Source: Phoronis australis
Lineage: Eukaryota; Animalia; Phoronida
Direction: 5' to 3'
Length of the DNA: 64,000 bases
Assembly: GCA_002633005.1 (NCBI GenBank)
Contig: NMRA01000884.1
Span: 15,218-79,217 of the forward strand
Below, piece by piece: positions 13,297 to 25,653 of the stretch (its first letter is position 1; each line of letters starts with the position of its first letter). Under the pieces are notes generated by a model. It saw only the letters and a list, made by a program, of their open reading frames with translations, was not told the DNA's origin and ran no database searches. The position numbers and the translations under genes were made by a program.

Positions 13297-14852
13297 TAAT
13301 TTCTTCTACAATCAGGTACCTATGTTCATGAACAGCATGCATATTAAACAAATTGTGGGTCCTAACTAATAAAATTTAATTAATAACATTTTGTTACACA
13401 ATCCTATTTGCTTTTCATCAAATTCAGGTGAAATCAGCAGCCAAATTCTCAATACATGCCAGCAGCAGACGAAATCGATGCTTGGGGACAACTAATGATA
13501 TCTCCAATAACAGAGAAAAAAGCCATTTCCTGCCCAATTTTATTAAGGGTTTGATACCTCAAATGAATATATTTTACAGAAAAATATATGAGTTTGTAAA
13601 ATTTATTATGAAAATTTAACTAAAGCCTTTTCTGAAAAACAACGACTTTTATGTTATATAATCTAAAATGTGATTAAAATTCCACATTCAGTAAATAAAT
13701 TTTAAAAACAAATTATAGAAGCAATAAACTCATTAACCCTGACTGTAGATTGTAAAATGTTTTTGTGTAAATGCGAAATCAGGTTACAAACAAAATTTGC
13801 AGAACGTAAATGCGGTAAATTGGGGTTTGTGAATTGGCAGCCATTTTGGCGGCTATTTTGTCAGCCATCTTGATTTTTTCTCGCAAATCAGTGACCAATT
13901 GTAAGGCCCAGACATTTTCTATTGTCTAACTGACAAAAGAATAAAACTTTTGCCATTTTCAGGGCAAAATATAAAAAGAAATCTTGCAACATGTACCAAA
14001 TTGCCGTTTCGGCCGCCATTTTGTAGGCCATATTGGTTTTATTTTATGGAAAATTGACATCTTTTGATTGGTATGTCCGTTATGAAAAGTATATAATCAA
14101 TGACAAACTATATCGTTTTATTTTTAGCTGTTACATAAGAGTAATATGCCAGAAAACAGTAAACACTGGTTTTGTCGGCCACTTTTTCCACCATCTTGAA
14201 AAACCGACTTCCGCTTCTCCGATTTCGGTAGATTTTTTTCTGACACTAAGGGATGTTTGAAGATGCCATTTATGCAAAAAAAACCTTCTGTTGCAATTTT
14301 TTCTAGGTTGGGCCCTCTGGAGCCCTAGAATGACTGGACTATAGTTGTAGATTATGAAAAGTGACTGGATGAAGTCCACAAATTGCCTTCAGTAACGGGG
14401 AAAGCTACGCTGTGAAGTAGCTTGTAGTCTGCAGCCTTTTATCGCCCCCTGGTCCTGATGAAATGCGTAAATTTGCACAGATTATGGTATTGACGTCAAC
14501 AGGAGCGTCACAATAGGAGGTTGAACAGTTGAGCACAACGCTTATCAAGTTTCAGTGAATCTATCTCAGAAATCAAGTATGCAATCGTGTACAATGTACA
14601 TACGGCCTTGCAATGTCGAGGGAGCACAATCTTAGAAAGATTCATGAGGTGGTCTCTCATTCTAGCATATAGCAATTCGGGGACACCCCATCTAGAATCT
14701 CATCTAGACCAGATCCTCTCGAGCACTCTGTGGGGATCACCAGGGTTTGATCTTATAATTCTTAGTGTCTGTTCACCAGACTCTTTACTTGAAAACCAGA
14801 AAACTAATGTATGTCGGTCTCCTCTTGTGGACCGAGACACGCTTCTTTGAGT

Positions 14853-15139
14853 GTTATTAAAATCTCTTTGTCTATTTACACTGACGTCTTGTCTATCTAC
14901 ACTGTCACGACGTTTCGGTCGGTCTATTCTCCGGCCATCGTCAGGTGTTCCCGCGTTCCTAGAAGAACGAGCACGGATATGTGGTACACTCATGGTGTGA
15001 TTTTTTGTATCATATCCGTGCTCTTTCTTCTAAGAACGCGAGATTACTTGACGATGGCCGGAGAGTAGACCGACCGAAATGTCGTGACAGTGTAAATAGA
15101 CAAGAGGTCGGTGTAAATAGACCAAGATATTTTAATAAT
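14853..15139. mobile_element. Inverted-repeat insertion, Penelope-like pLTR pair with hammerhead-like core
   Basis: Arms of about 130 bp in inverted orientation; minus strand of left arm reads CTGACGA-T-GGCCGG-agaataga-CCGACC-GAAAC-GTCGT; interrupts BEL gag. Confidence 0.6.
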
Positions 15140-16703
15140 AGGAACACCCCACAACCTCATAGCCGTCTTAGAAAGTTAATTAAGCTTCTTTGACTATTCT
15201 TTCCAGCGCATCTGTACAGACGTTACTTACATGTATATGAAGTCGAGTTATCGTCGAACTTCTTCAACCTCTGAAGACATAAGTCTCTGCTCAGAATGTA
15301 GGCACTTAATGAATCAGCGTCATCTGAAGGCACATTTGTAACGAAAGGGTTTGAAGGGGAAAAACGGGACATCCCTGGGTGAAACACTGGGAGCCTTGGT
15401 AGGTTCTTAAGGTACATCATGCTGATTGGGTACCGCAGTGGGGAAACCCATGAAGCTTGAGTTGTACATGTAGTTCTCGTCACAACCCACTTCCTTTTTG
15501 GCACGGGTTCACGCCAGCTCAAGCTATTCTTTGTGCTTCAGGTGTTCCATCCCTGCCGGTTATTAGCCTGAGCTACGTTCTCGTCATAGAGGAGTTGAGT
15601 CATTTTGTTCCTAAGTAGGGTAGCCTGTTCTGCAAGTATGAGACGACTCCCAGCCTCTTCAGCTCTGGCTTGGGACCGACGACTGGATGTTGACGAAGCA
15701 GACGAACTTGACTTGTTATCTATGTTGAGAAGTTCCACTGTGTGCTGGAGTCTGGAAAGTACAACTCTCCCTCTTCTAGTCTTTGTTTCGAGCTCGTTTT
15801 GCTGCTCCTCTATTGGCGTCCGACTCGCAGTGTTGTTCTCCCTTACAAGGAAGTCTATAAATACTTGAGTAGACTTGTCAAAGCCATTTAGGAGTTTTTC
15901 CAAATGTCGTTGGGTCGCCTGAACAGGACGTAGCTCATTTGCACATGCGGCGCTGTGCATGATGAATGCTTCCATCTCTGCCACCTGTTCGTTGAGAATT
16001 TTGGTATACTCAACGACTTTAGCTTCAAAGCAGCTTCTCATTTCGCTGTAAGCGAATGAAGACGGCGAGACCTGTTTATCCGTAAACTTCTATTATGCTG
16101 CCCTCTATTCAGGTAATAAAAACAACGGAACAGATAGTGGACCAATTTATTTCCCCCAAAAACAAAACGATTGGTAGAAGCTGAAAAATGAAATATAAGG
16201 TCACTCCGAAACTACAAAAATCAATACACATTTGAAAAAAATGGTCGATTGAACCCTTCAAGACGTCTACCGAACCAAACGGTTCGTAGAAGACAGCTCA
16301 AATACTACGAATCGTTGGAAGAAGACGTGCGTTAACTGAATAAAGGCAAATTCTACAGGAAAATAACGACCTTAAGCATATTACGACTAGTGGAATGTAA
16401 AATACGTACATGTACTTTGTGGGACAAGAAACACAGTTAGACGTCAACTGCAACAACGAACAGAACTAAGAAATGGACTTGACAAAAACATACAAAAGGA
16501 TTCGCTGCTAAAGGGTGGCCCTCTAGATAGTGATAAAGATTCACTACTATTTTAATTCCAGATCGTTCCTATCTTCTTTAATATGCTTGCATTACATCAA
16601 TTTAATATTCACGCCAATTGGTAAACTGTTTTTTTTCCGAAAGTATAGTAGAACCAAAATTTGAAGAAAAAAACAGTTTCCAAATAGGCAGTAACTAACG
16701 CTA

Positions 16704-17002
16704 CATAGGCGGATATAGGAGGCGGGGGGGGGCAAGCCCCTCTCCCCTAGCCCCCTCCCCCCTTGGCTGCCGCAAGCAAAATAAAACAGCAAGAGCGTGA
16801 AGTGTGAGGAAATATTGAGTTCAGTAACTAGCATCAGTAGCGGATGAGGGAGGGCTCACACCCCAGGTCGCAGCGGAATTGTGCTTCCTTTTGTTTTTTA
16901 AGTCCACCGATAAACTTTGTGATTATAAGGTCCACATACCCCCACAACTTTCCTCGAGGAAACATGTTGGGCTCCCCTTATGGCATCCTAGATCCGCCAC
17001 TG
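16704..17002. mobile_element. MITE, CATAGGCGGAT/ATCCGCCACTG family
   Basis: cataggcggatatagg...ctagatccgccactg terminal inverted repeats; TSD degraded. Confidence 0.7.
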
Positions 17003-19576
17003 CGATTATAATAGTTTTGATGACATAATAAGAACATTCTAAAATTGTACACTGTTTGCATTCCCTTAAGTTTGCTGATTTGACTTTGTTTAAATGAAAC
17101 GTCTTGTCTAAATTGGAATTTATTACACTACCAAAACTCGTTCCTAAGTCTGCAGTCATTGACCCATCCCACTGCCTCTCAGACGAGCACCCCCAGCCTG
17201 ATCATCCAATACTAAGAGACTGAGGTCACCACTACGAACGTTTTATTTCCAAGTCTGGAATACACTGTGCCGTGTAAGCGCTATTGATGAGCATTCGCCA
17301 TACACCAATTGCTTTTAGGGATTAATTGTTGCTTTTGTTTAAAGAACAAGAAAAAGCATATAATTACATATTTATTGGTGAACATAACACTTTTTGTACA
17401 GGTTTTACAAACACGACTAACAAAAACTTCTGATCCTCCGATATCAAGGAAATTTAGAATGACACCCAAACTTTAACGGAACAAGTACGGGAATTGCTAG
17501 GACGATATAACAGATAATCGTATGATTTGTAAATGCATAGCTTCTCCCATGGTCTCCTAACTGAAGCCGTAGGTTCGGTCGTTGGGAACACGGTCAAAAC
17601 TTCAATTTTAATTTATGCGCAACTCATTATCTCAGATCCTTAAGCCGGTAATTAAGGCTGACTAGAATTTTCAACATCAACGCCAACTGCAACTTGTCGC
17701 CCTCATAAAAACTGCAGAACCACTTTTGTGTCAACATGCCACCGCCGTCACATTGACAATCAGGAGTTTCATGAAAAATGACTCGAGGTTTAAGACTGAA
17801 ATTTGATCTTACGATCCTACTTTACAGTTAGCAAATACGTCCATGTAATTATTAGTACATCACAGCCTAGGAATGAGTAATCCAAAATAATCTCAGAAAT
17901 TACTTGCTAGAATTAAGTTGTAGGTATATTCTCAGATACTTTGAAAATTTGTTTAAGAGAGACTGAATTATTTTTCAAAAATAGTGCTTAGAAAAAATTC
18001 TGTTTTACGACTCCTGTCACTTTTCAGGAGATAAATCCCCGATTTACGAAATTGATAAAACGGCTACTGGTTCCCGTTCTGTAGATACAATGCATTAGCT
18101 AAAACACGCATCACACAAGACTTCGCAGAGTTGCAACCTAATAAAAGAGAAGCACCTGGATACAGTACAGTAGCTTCGTTTGCGTGATTCTAACGTCTAC
18201 GGAACTCAGTCGTGGTCTGCAATCTTTGCAAGGCATGCGACAAAATAGAAAACATTTACGCACTTAATATTTTAATGACATTTACATGACTCCATTGTTA
18301 CATATGCTACAGTTGTATAAATAAGTTCAGTCGTTTCAATTGTTGTATTGTTACACTGTGGCATCACCATTGACCAATTGTCACCAGCGTGTACATGTAT
18401 GTCTTGTTTAACGCTAGCACGCGTCACAAATTGTTCGGAAATACGGTGATGGATTGTAGGAAGAACACTCGAGTGTTAAATCGGCTGAACAAGGAGGGTC
18501 TTGCAAACAGCTGCCACAGATACTTCTGAAAGACAAAGAATGAAGTCAATTGATAAAGACTTCATTTTAGTGACGCATTGATCGATCGTTGATTTGTTTC
18601 GTCAAATACTCAGAGAGGTTGCCCCCGATGCGCAAAGATGAAGATGCCACACATCCGCGCGCTGTTTGTGACTGTGAAATAAATTATTTTATCAGAGAAT
18701 CTAACATTCTCTGTTTTTCAGAAAGCTTGTTCCATCTCAGTTGACAGACTGTAGAGTATGTTAATATGTGCATCTCTACCACCAACTCTTCCACTATCTT
18801 AACGTTAAACTCCAATAAGCTTCGACAAGTTAAACGAGTATTTAGTGCGTATTTGAACTGAAGACATCACGGCCTCGATTGCACCGAGTAACTGGCAGCG
18901 AGCGGGAAGAAATGGGGATAGTAATGAGAAAGAACACAGTGGGGTATGTTGTTTTGAAGCTCTGATCAAAGCTAATAAATCTCTCCCAGTCTCGTCAGTA
19001 TCGCTGATCCGAAGGAGGAATGCGTTTTGTGTCCTATTAATGTTAGCACTAACACTTTTGCTAAACTTACTTGAATGCTCCCGAGACACCCGATGATACG
19101 TCTTTGCAGTTTTGGCGAAAAATGGTATTGCATAGAGGGATGCCGAACCTACAACCACAAAGTAAACCCGGCTGATACTAAGCCAATACATAAAGAATAA
19201 ACCCGTAACAGATAATATTTAGACAATTGTCTACTTGTCTCATTAAAACGACTTAAAGTATATTTTGGTCATAGGTTTTCAATTGTAGCACACGTTATCC
19301 GTTTGCACATTGATGTTATTCCACACATACAATGTAAATGTACCAATGTTCTATGATGTACCAATCTCGTATAATAACAATACATTAGAAGACAGTAAAT
19401 CAATATCTTACAAACAGTGTAAAAACGTATTGCAATTTGTAAGTTAGAGCTGAAACATTCATGACTTTTCAGCACGTTTATATTAAGTCTGCCAAGCATT
19501 TGCTAAAATTTAAGCCAGGGTGTCTTTACCATTTATATACATGCAATTGCACGTTTTAAAAATATTTTGCTTTCTA

Positions 19577-20385
19577 AGGCGAAAATTGTGTTTAGCGACA
19601 GAGAGCTTGGCTGCTCTACCGGAGCTTGTTGGTTCGATTCCTCGCTATTGCTATTTTCACTCAGGAATGTCCGTTGAAGTGCAGTTTTTGTCAAAACAAA
19701 ATAACGTCTTTAAGTTATTTTGTCTAGCCGCGACAGTGTAACTATATACAGTATACATGTATATAGGTTATCCCACATACATAGGAATACTACTGCCATA
19801 TCCTATCGAGAATGCATTTCATCTTCGGACATTCCCAGTTGAAATGAATTCGAGGATATCGCAGTAGTATTCCTACACGTATATATGCAGGATAACCTAT
19901 TTCATGGGCGGTGCACCATAGGGAGCTCGGGGGCCATAACCCCCTAGTTATTTCAGTGCTTTGCCACCCATGGACAAGGGCGGTGCTTAGCGGCAGAGCG
20001 TTTTGCTGCTTACCCGGAGCTAGTTGGTTCGATTCCACGATATTGCTAAATTCACTCCGGAATGTCCACTGAAGTGCGGTTTTTGTCAAAGCAAAGTAAC
20101 GTCTTAAAGTTATTGGGTCTAACTGCTACAGTTTAGTTGTATATACACGTATACATGTACATGTATATAGGTTATCCCGCATACTTAGGAATTCCACTGT
20201 CATTTCCTATCGAGAATTCATTTCATCCTTGGTCTCGTTGGGACATTCCCAGTTGAAATGAATTCGAGGATATCGCAGTAGTATTCCTATGCATGTAGGA
20301 TAACCTTTTTCATCAGCGGTGCACCTTAGGAAGCTAGGGAGCTGTAGCCCCCCCACTTATTTCAGTGCTGTGCCGCCCTTGTATT
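19577..20385 (+). repeat. Tandem duplication (about 400-bp unit) headed by a tRNA-like SINE sequence
   Basis: Two units each with ttagcg...ggagct...GGTTCGATTCC (B box) and shared cattcccagttgaaatgaattcgaggatatcgcagtagtattccta, ending in gcggtgcacc(a/t)tagg repeats related to 2717-2830. Confidence 0.75.
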
Positions 20386-21632
20386 TATCCCATGTATACA
20401 TGTATATGCTGTATGGCCTTATTTGCATCATCGCGGCAACATCTTGTTGTCGTCGTGTCCCCAGGCTTGTTATATGACGTCAAATACATGCCAAGTATGG
20501 TACCCAAGCCCGCTAAGGGACAAGACTATCCGTGAGATTTTTGAATATGCAGTCAAGTTTTATTTCGCTTAATTGATAAATAAGAATTTTAAGATAGTGA
20601 AATATACAAGTTAAAGCATTAGACCATTCAAAAATATCAAATGATTGTCGGAAATTAATGATAATCCATCAGGGAATATAAGAATTGAAACATTCCCGGA
20701 ACAGTTGCGGAGCAGTGCGTCGTTTTAGCTTTGGTGAATTTCTTAGCTTCTTGCTCTATTTTCGTGTCTTAGCTTCTGGACAGTAAATCGTCATAGAGAC
20801 ATTTCCCCGTGTTGGTTACACCGCTGGAAATAATGGTGGAAACTGTGCTGATTTGCAAATATTGAGGAAAGGACTGTGTCGCAAAAAGCAGATATTACGC
20901 CTAGACCGGCAGCGACGGAGAGTTGAACGTTGCGAGCAGACGATTGTCTCAGTAATAGGTGGCTATTACCTGTATGTAAAGACCTTAACTCTCAGTGTAG
21001 ATATACTGTATGTATCCATGCCGAACCGTTTTCGTTTTTTTTTTACTAATAGTTTTTCAGGCTGATTTTGTTGGTCGGGGACGCTATTTAGCTTGATCTA
21101 CTTATGATGACCCAGATTGAAACTTAGTGAGGCTCAAAAAAGTCGCCTGATCACCGTGCGTTGGAACTTTCATGGATAATTGTTTTCTGTTTTTAGAGCA
21201 ATAAAACTGCTTTTTCAGGAGCGACTGCTTTGGTTGATGAGTCGGGTAACCCAAATGAACGTGCTCAATCAAATTTTGGCGTTACTCAACAAGACTGCTC
21301 ACCAACCGTGAAATACGCTTCTACGGCCTCAATCGTTGTACATGTATACGGATTGGCTCTACTTCCCCGTGTCTCAGTTAAAAAGTGTTGTGTACACATC
21401 CGTTTTTTCACATATATGAGATAAATAGCAATGTACTTACGCTGAAAATTGTCGATATTTAACCAGAAATTAAATGGTTATTTTGTCGCGCTTCTGTGCT
21501 TGTTAACTTTGTCAAATTTCGTCATAGTAAAGTGTCTTTTGAAAATTATTGCTCATATATATCGCTTGGACTTCAGAAACTGTCCCGTGAATGTTTCTCT
21601 ATGTAACGCATATCTTTTGTATTGCAAATTTG

Positions 21633-21944
21633 TCAACCTGCTGTCCGGCACTCGGTGCTTAAAATATTACAATATTTTACCCTTAACATTTTACCCAGCA
21701 GTGCATGTACAGTATGTACGGTGTACCTGTTCTCGTCCAGGAATGTCTGGTGACACGCGTGTGAGCACATTTTGGCAGTGAGCGGCGGAAAGGCCACACA
21801 AGAAGAGCAAACTTTCTCATATGCAGATATATGCAAATTATCACAGGCAGCGATGCATAGACTGTCCGAATACATTCCATGGACATATTGAATGGAGGCC
21901 AGAAGACCACAAAAGAGCACAATTGACGTCATTGGTGCATGCAT
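21633..21944 (-). CDS. Candidate secreted Cys-rich peptide precursor (103 aa ORF)
   Basis: Signal-peptide-like MHAPMTSIVLFCGLLASIQYVHG, then repeated CxxxC...CxxC module; pyrimidine-rich acceptor ttttgtgtttcag about 50 nt upstream of ATG; TATAAAT near 22122-22128. Confidence 0.55.
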   Translation of the reverse strand: MHAPMTSIVLFCGLLASIQYVHGMYSDSLCIAACDNLHISAYEKVCSSCVAFPPLTAKMCSHACHQTFLDENRYTVHTVHALLGKMLRVKYCNILSTECRTAG

Positions 21945-23391
21945 CTTTGTAGTCGCTTTTCAGTTTCCTCAGAGTCGTAGATAGGAGACGTCGTCTGAAA
22001 CACAAAATGGGGAATAGACCATAATCGCTGCACACTACTGGGCACCTCAATGGCGAGCAAATCAAGTTAGTCAAGGGAGAGGATGCTCTGCTTAATAAGT
22101 GACTGAATCAAGGTGGCGATAATTTATAGTTCTCCCGACTCGCCAGATGGCGATACCGAACGTACAAATACATGGCACAACATGCTCTTCAAGTTGAATG
22201 TTCCTTAGTTCATAGAACTCTGGCCCTGAAACGCCAACTCTTGCACGTGACCAGTGTATAAGTAAAGACGTGGCCGCCGTTTACCGATTGATAGTGTTGT
22301 CATTTTCATTCTGTCTGTCTTATGCGATAAAAAACGAAAGCCACGATTGTTTGCCGGGACCGCTTGCGCGCTAACAACGGGACCCAGATGTGCCGCAGTG
22401 AGCGATCAGATACCAGGGATATTGTCGTGAATATTTGGTACATTTAATAAGGACACCTTACGCGAAAAAATAAACATATTTGTCCACCACAAAGTTTGGC
22501 AAGTTGACCGCTTAAGAATTAGAAGAAAACCGTTGTTTTGTGACCCTTTTGTCGCGTGTTATGCAGTGGCTCGAAACTTTCTTCGGCGAATCCGGAAATT
22601 TGCAAAAGTATCCGAAAATGTTAGCCAGTGAAACGCGTCAAAGTTCGGTTCTGCATATCCCTTGTACACGCGACTTGCTTACAAGTCATCGGGAGGGCTG
22701 TTCTCGGTTAGTGTTCTTTTGAACTTGTATTTGGCAAAAACCAAATAGCGGTCGAATTAACAAGATTTGCTTTATACTTGCCGATATCTGCCTAGAAATA
22801 TAAAAACTCAACTCGCATACGTTGGAAAATCCAGGTCGCATTTTGCGACTTGATACGAGCTGACAAAAATCTCAGCTCGCATTTCCAGCTCGTTATGTCG
22901 AGTCCTATTACATTGGCCATCCTCCAGTCTTAGCACCACTTTTTAACAACGTATCAAACTACATGTTAGCAATTAACAAGATATTTTTGGGTGTTAAAAT
23001 CATGTTACTGTAGTTTACGTAAGTATGTGACGTTTGGTTCTTTAGTGTTTGTTTTCCTATAATAAATGAAAAGTTTAGTACCTTGCTAGATGCGTTTACG
23101 TGACTTTAAAGGAGAATGCCACCCAAAAATCAACCTATATTCACCTCTTTCACGAACGCGGGACGCTGCTGTCGTGTTGATCGAAAACGAGGCGCCTTGA
23201 CAAACATGGCATCGTCCTGCAAGGTGTTGTGGTCAAAAGACTTATCAACGTTACCAAAAATCAAGTTGTCTGATGTTGAATCGATCTCCAAAAAACATAC
23301 CAATACTTACGGCAACTAGACTTTTACCCTCCTCAGCCATTCCTTAGTATTTTTCCCTCTTTTGAAAAAGTGTGGAAGTCAGGGATATACC

Positions 23392-25118
23392 CAGGCTTTT
23401 TGTAGTCTTGAAAAACCCTGCTCGCCAGCTGGGCGAGTGCCGGAGCCAGAAAATCTACTCGCCAAGCCCGAAGTTCGGTCACCCGGCCGTTGGCGCCAGT
23501 CACCACAAACTTGCTGCTAATTTAAATAAAAATCATCGTCTCGTGCACTGATGTCACCATCTATTAGGGCTACCGTATTCGCTCTAATAAGCGCCCAGGG
23601 GGACAATTTGTAGCCTACGGTCTCCGAAACGCCGGAAATCGGAAGCTAGGATTCATCAAATTTACGCGCTGTGACGTATGTGTAACCTATGACAGACTAG
23701 CTACAAAACTGTGGTGCATTGCTATCAAACTCTGTTGTTAAATTACGATCTTTTTGAAAAAATGTGCTGAAATCCCAGGGCGAAAACTTGCCGACTGATG
23801 CGTCGCTGCTTCGCGATCGTCGATAGGACAACTTGAATTCTTGAGTAAAAATAGTTTCCACTCAAATTACCTGAAATCCTCCCAAATAGCCTTTCCTAAG
23901 ATTCTTAAGTTCCTGTGGACTCGGAGTCGGGATTAACCGCAGATTAAGTCAAAATCTGCGCTAGATCGCACCTCCCAATGAGAAAAATCTGGACGAACAC
24001 ATATGCTGTTGTCACGTGACGTTTGTATTGAAGTGAATCAGCTGGTGTGCACCGAGTGAGCGAGCGCGTGCGTGTCATCAGTGTTCATTTGCCAGAGTAG
24101 CAGGCCCAATGAGCTGTATAATGTAGTATATTTATCTCATTGAGCAGGCCCACATGTTATGGGCCCTAGCGCGCGCTTCTTGGCCAAGTTTCGATTCACG
24201 GTTTTTATTTCGTGTACAAAACAATCTGGATTCCTGTTGTGGGAGAAGATCTGTACGGGAAAGATACAATACCAATCCCGTTGACCTGAGTACGCTGCGT
24301 CTGTTCTGATCAGGGCCAGACCATGTAGTGTGACACTTTCCTCGCAAGATCAGCAAATCTTTTGCGTTCTTTTTAGTGAAGCACTGCGGAATGGTTTGAA
24401 GTGTTCAGCCACGGCTAAATACCGACATAGCGGCGAGGCTCGTGGTCTACTAGAAATTACGCGCACAATGATTTTTCAGAACTCATTGTCGGATATTATT
24501 GATAAATTGAATACATTTACTGTAGAATTTTAGAACTGTGAGGTAAGACATTTTTCGCACTGATATATACACATTCATGGACTGGGCGCTTATTTTAGCG
24601 AAGTCTGAAAACGAGTGGGGACGCTTATAGGGACATGGGCGCTTATTATGACGAATGTTATAAAAATAATTTTGGCTAAAATGACATTGTACATTACAAT
24701 AAGAAATCAGTTCCAAGAAATATGGTATTTTATTTGCTATGAGCACATGGACCGGTCTTCCACCTTTCTCCCCTTTTCTTCGTTTCGGACTAGTCCACAA
24801 ATTCTTTGTGCACGACCACACACTGTGTTTTTTTGACGAATCGCGTAACGGGTGACATGTACTGAATCGGTAGGGTCGCACTGCGCCGATGTTTTTTACT
24901 GTCGGAGCATCGACACGATGACCAAACTGAACCTTAAATTCATGATAAAAACAGCACAAGGAGGAGGAAAATTATTCATATTCATCTGGGAAACGATATA
25001 TAGTGCTCTTGCGCTCTGAAATTCGCTCGCCACCGGGCGACCGGCAAGTCAACTTCTACTCGCCCAGCACCATTTTTACTCGCATTGGCGACTGGGCGAG
25101 TGGCTAAGTATGTCACTG
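23392..25118. mobile_element. hAT-like MITE (CAG...CTG ends, repeated ACTCGCC motifs)
   Basis: caggc...ctcgccagctgggcgag...tactcgcc at left; tactcgccc...gggcgagtg...cactg at right; no clear TSD. Confidence 0.45.
23571..24662. mobile_element. Tc1/mariner(pogo)-like MITE
   Basis: TACCGTATTCGCTCTAATAAGCGCCC left end; degenerate complement gggcgcttattatgacgaatg at right with repeated gggcgcttat. Confidence 0.5.
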
Positions 25119-25653
25119 GGAACGATACCGACGAGATATTACTGGAATTGGTACGTTCAGCACTGCACAGTACACCATGGGCAGCTGATGATCACTCACG
25201 AGGTTTTATCAGTGTGCCTCGTTTTCGATCAGTATTTAAAGATGGCGCGCGAAGATGGCGCTTTCGTGAAATAGGTGAATTATCTCAATTTAGATCGACT
25301 AGTTCTACTCGATAACGGCAGGTTCGGTTGCGTTACCTGACTCCTAACCGCAGACAGAGGTGTTGAAATTATCCAGTGACGTACACTGTAATTGGTTTCA
25401 CACGCAGCCTTTGTTAAGCATTTCGCAACACGGGTTAGTGGTGTCAGCTTATCGCTTGAATTCATCGTTTAACACCAATAAATCATCAAACTTCGATGTA
25501 AAACCCTTAAAAATACACCGAGTTCTTATAAAAAGGTGTTGTTTTATTTCGCTGTTACGGATTTACTGGTATTTGGACAAACCGTTGCCGCACAAAGTTC
25601 GGCAGGCCAATTTACCAAGATCCGTAGCAGGAGTCAGTTCGAAGATAAATTCG

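Larger units (their letters stand above)
9342..14341 (-). mobile_element. Academ (AcademX-type) DNA transposon, internally deleted and degenerate
   Basis: Termini TAGTCCAGTCATTCTA...TAGAATGACTGGACTA with about 140-bp imperfect TIRs and 3-bp TSD TAG (9339-9341, 14342-14344); transposase remnants RLGIFHTEMRFL...GKSVDRVVRGHMLVDSAL, LMKTIKATGGLTRG, VDPRLLFQRIL; XPG/PIN-like VVFDGY, EADVLIV, ADDTDLLV; Cys-rich C-terminus near 10380-10530. Confidence 0.88.
8700..16050 (-). mobile_element. Decayed BEL/Pao LTR retrotransposon gag-protease, interrupted by nested insertions
   Basis: Ser-rich gag N-terminus (15538-16041, SSSSASSTSSRRSQARAEEA), DUF1759-like LSAYILSRDL..RLKKFDD and ERIWSR..RWGVPE, Cys/His knuckles (HHLDVC...CLLCCRSTSHSKKQC...C...H, 8825-9307), aspartyl-protease-like TYAMLDEHCSRT (8659-8916). 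LTRs not identified. Confidence 0.85.
23141..25278. mobile_element. AT-TSD element (ISL2EU/PIF-like), non-autonomous, with nested MITEs
   Basis: TIRs TCACCTCTTTCACGAA / TTCGTGAAATAGGTGA flanked by AT; empty site confirmed by the paralogous arm at about 41560-41580; short MASSCKVLWSKDLSTLPKI resembles the start of ISL2EU accessory proteins (inference). Confidence 0.65.

Noticed and set aside
16050-16500. 5' LTR of the BEL/Pao element
   Set aside because: No second copy, PBS or clear termini could be identified.
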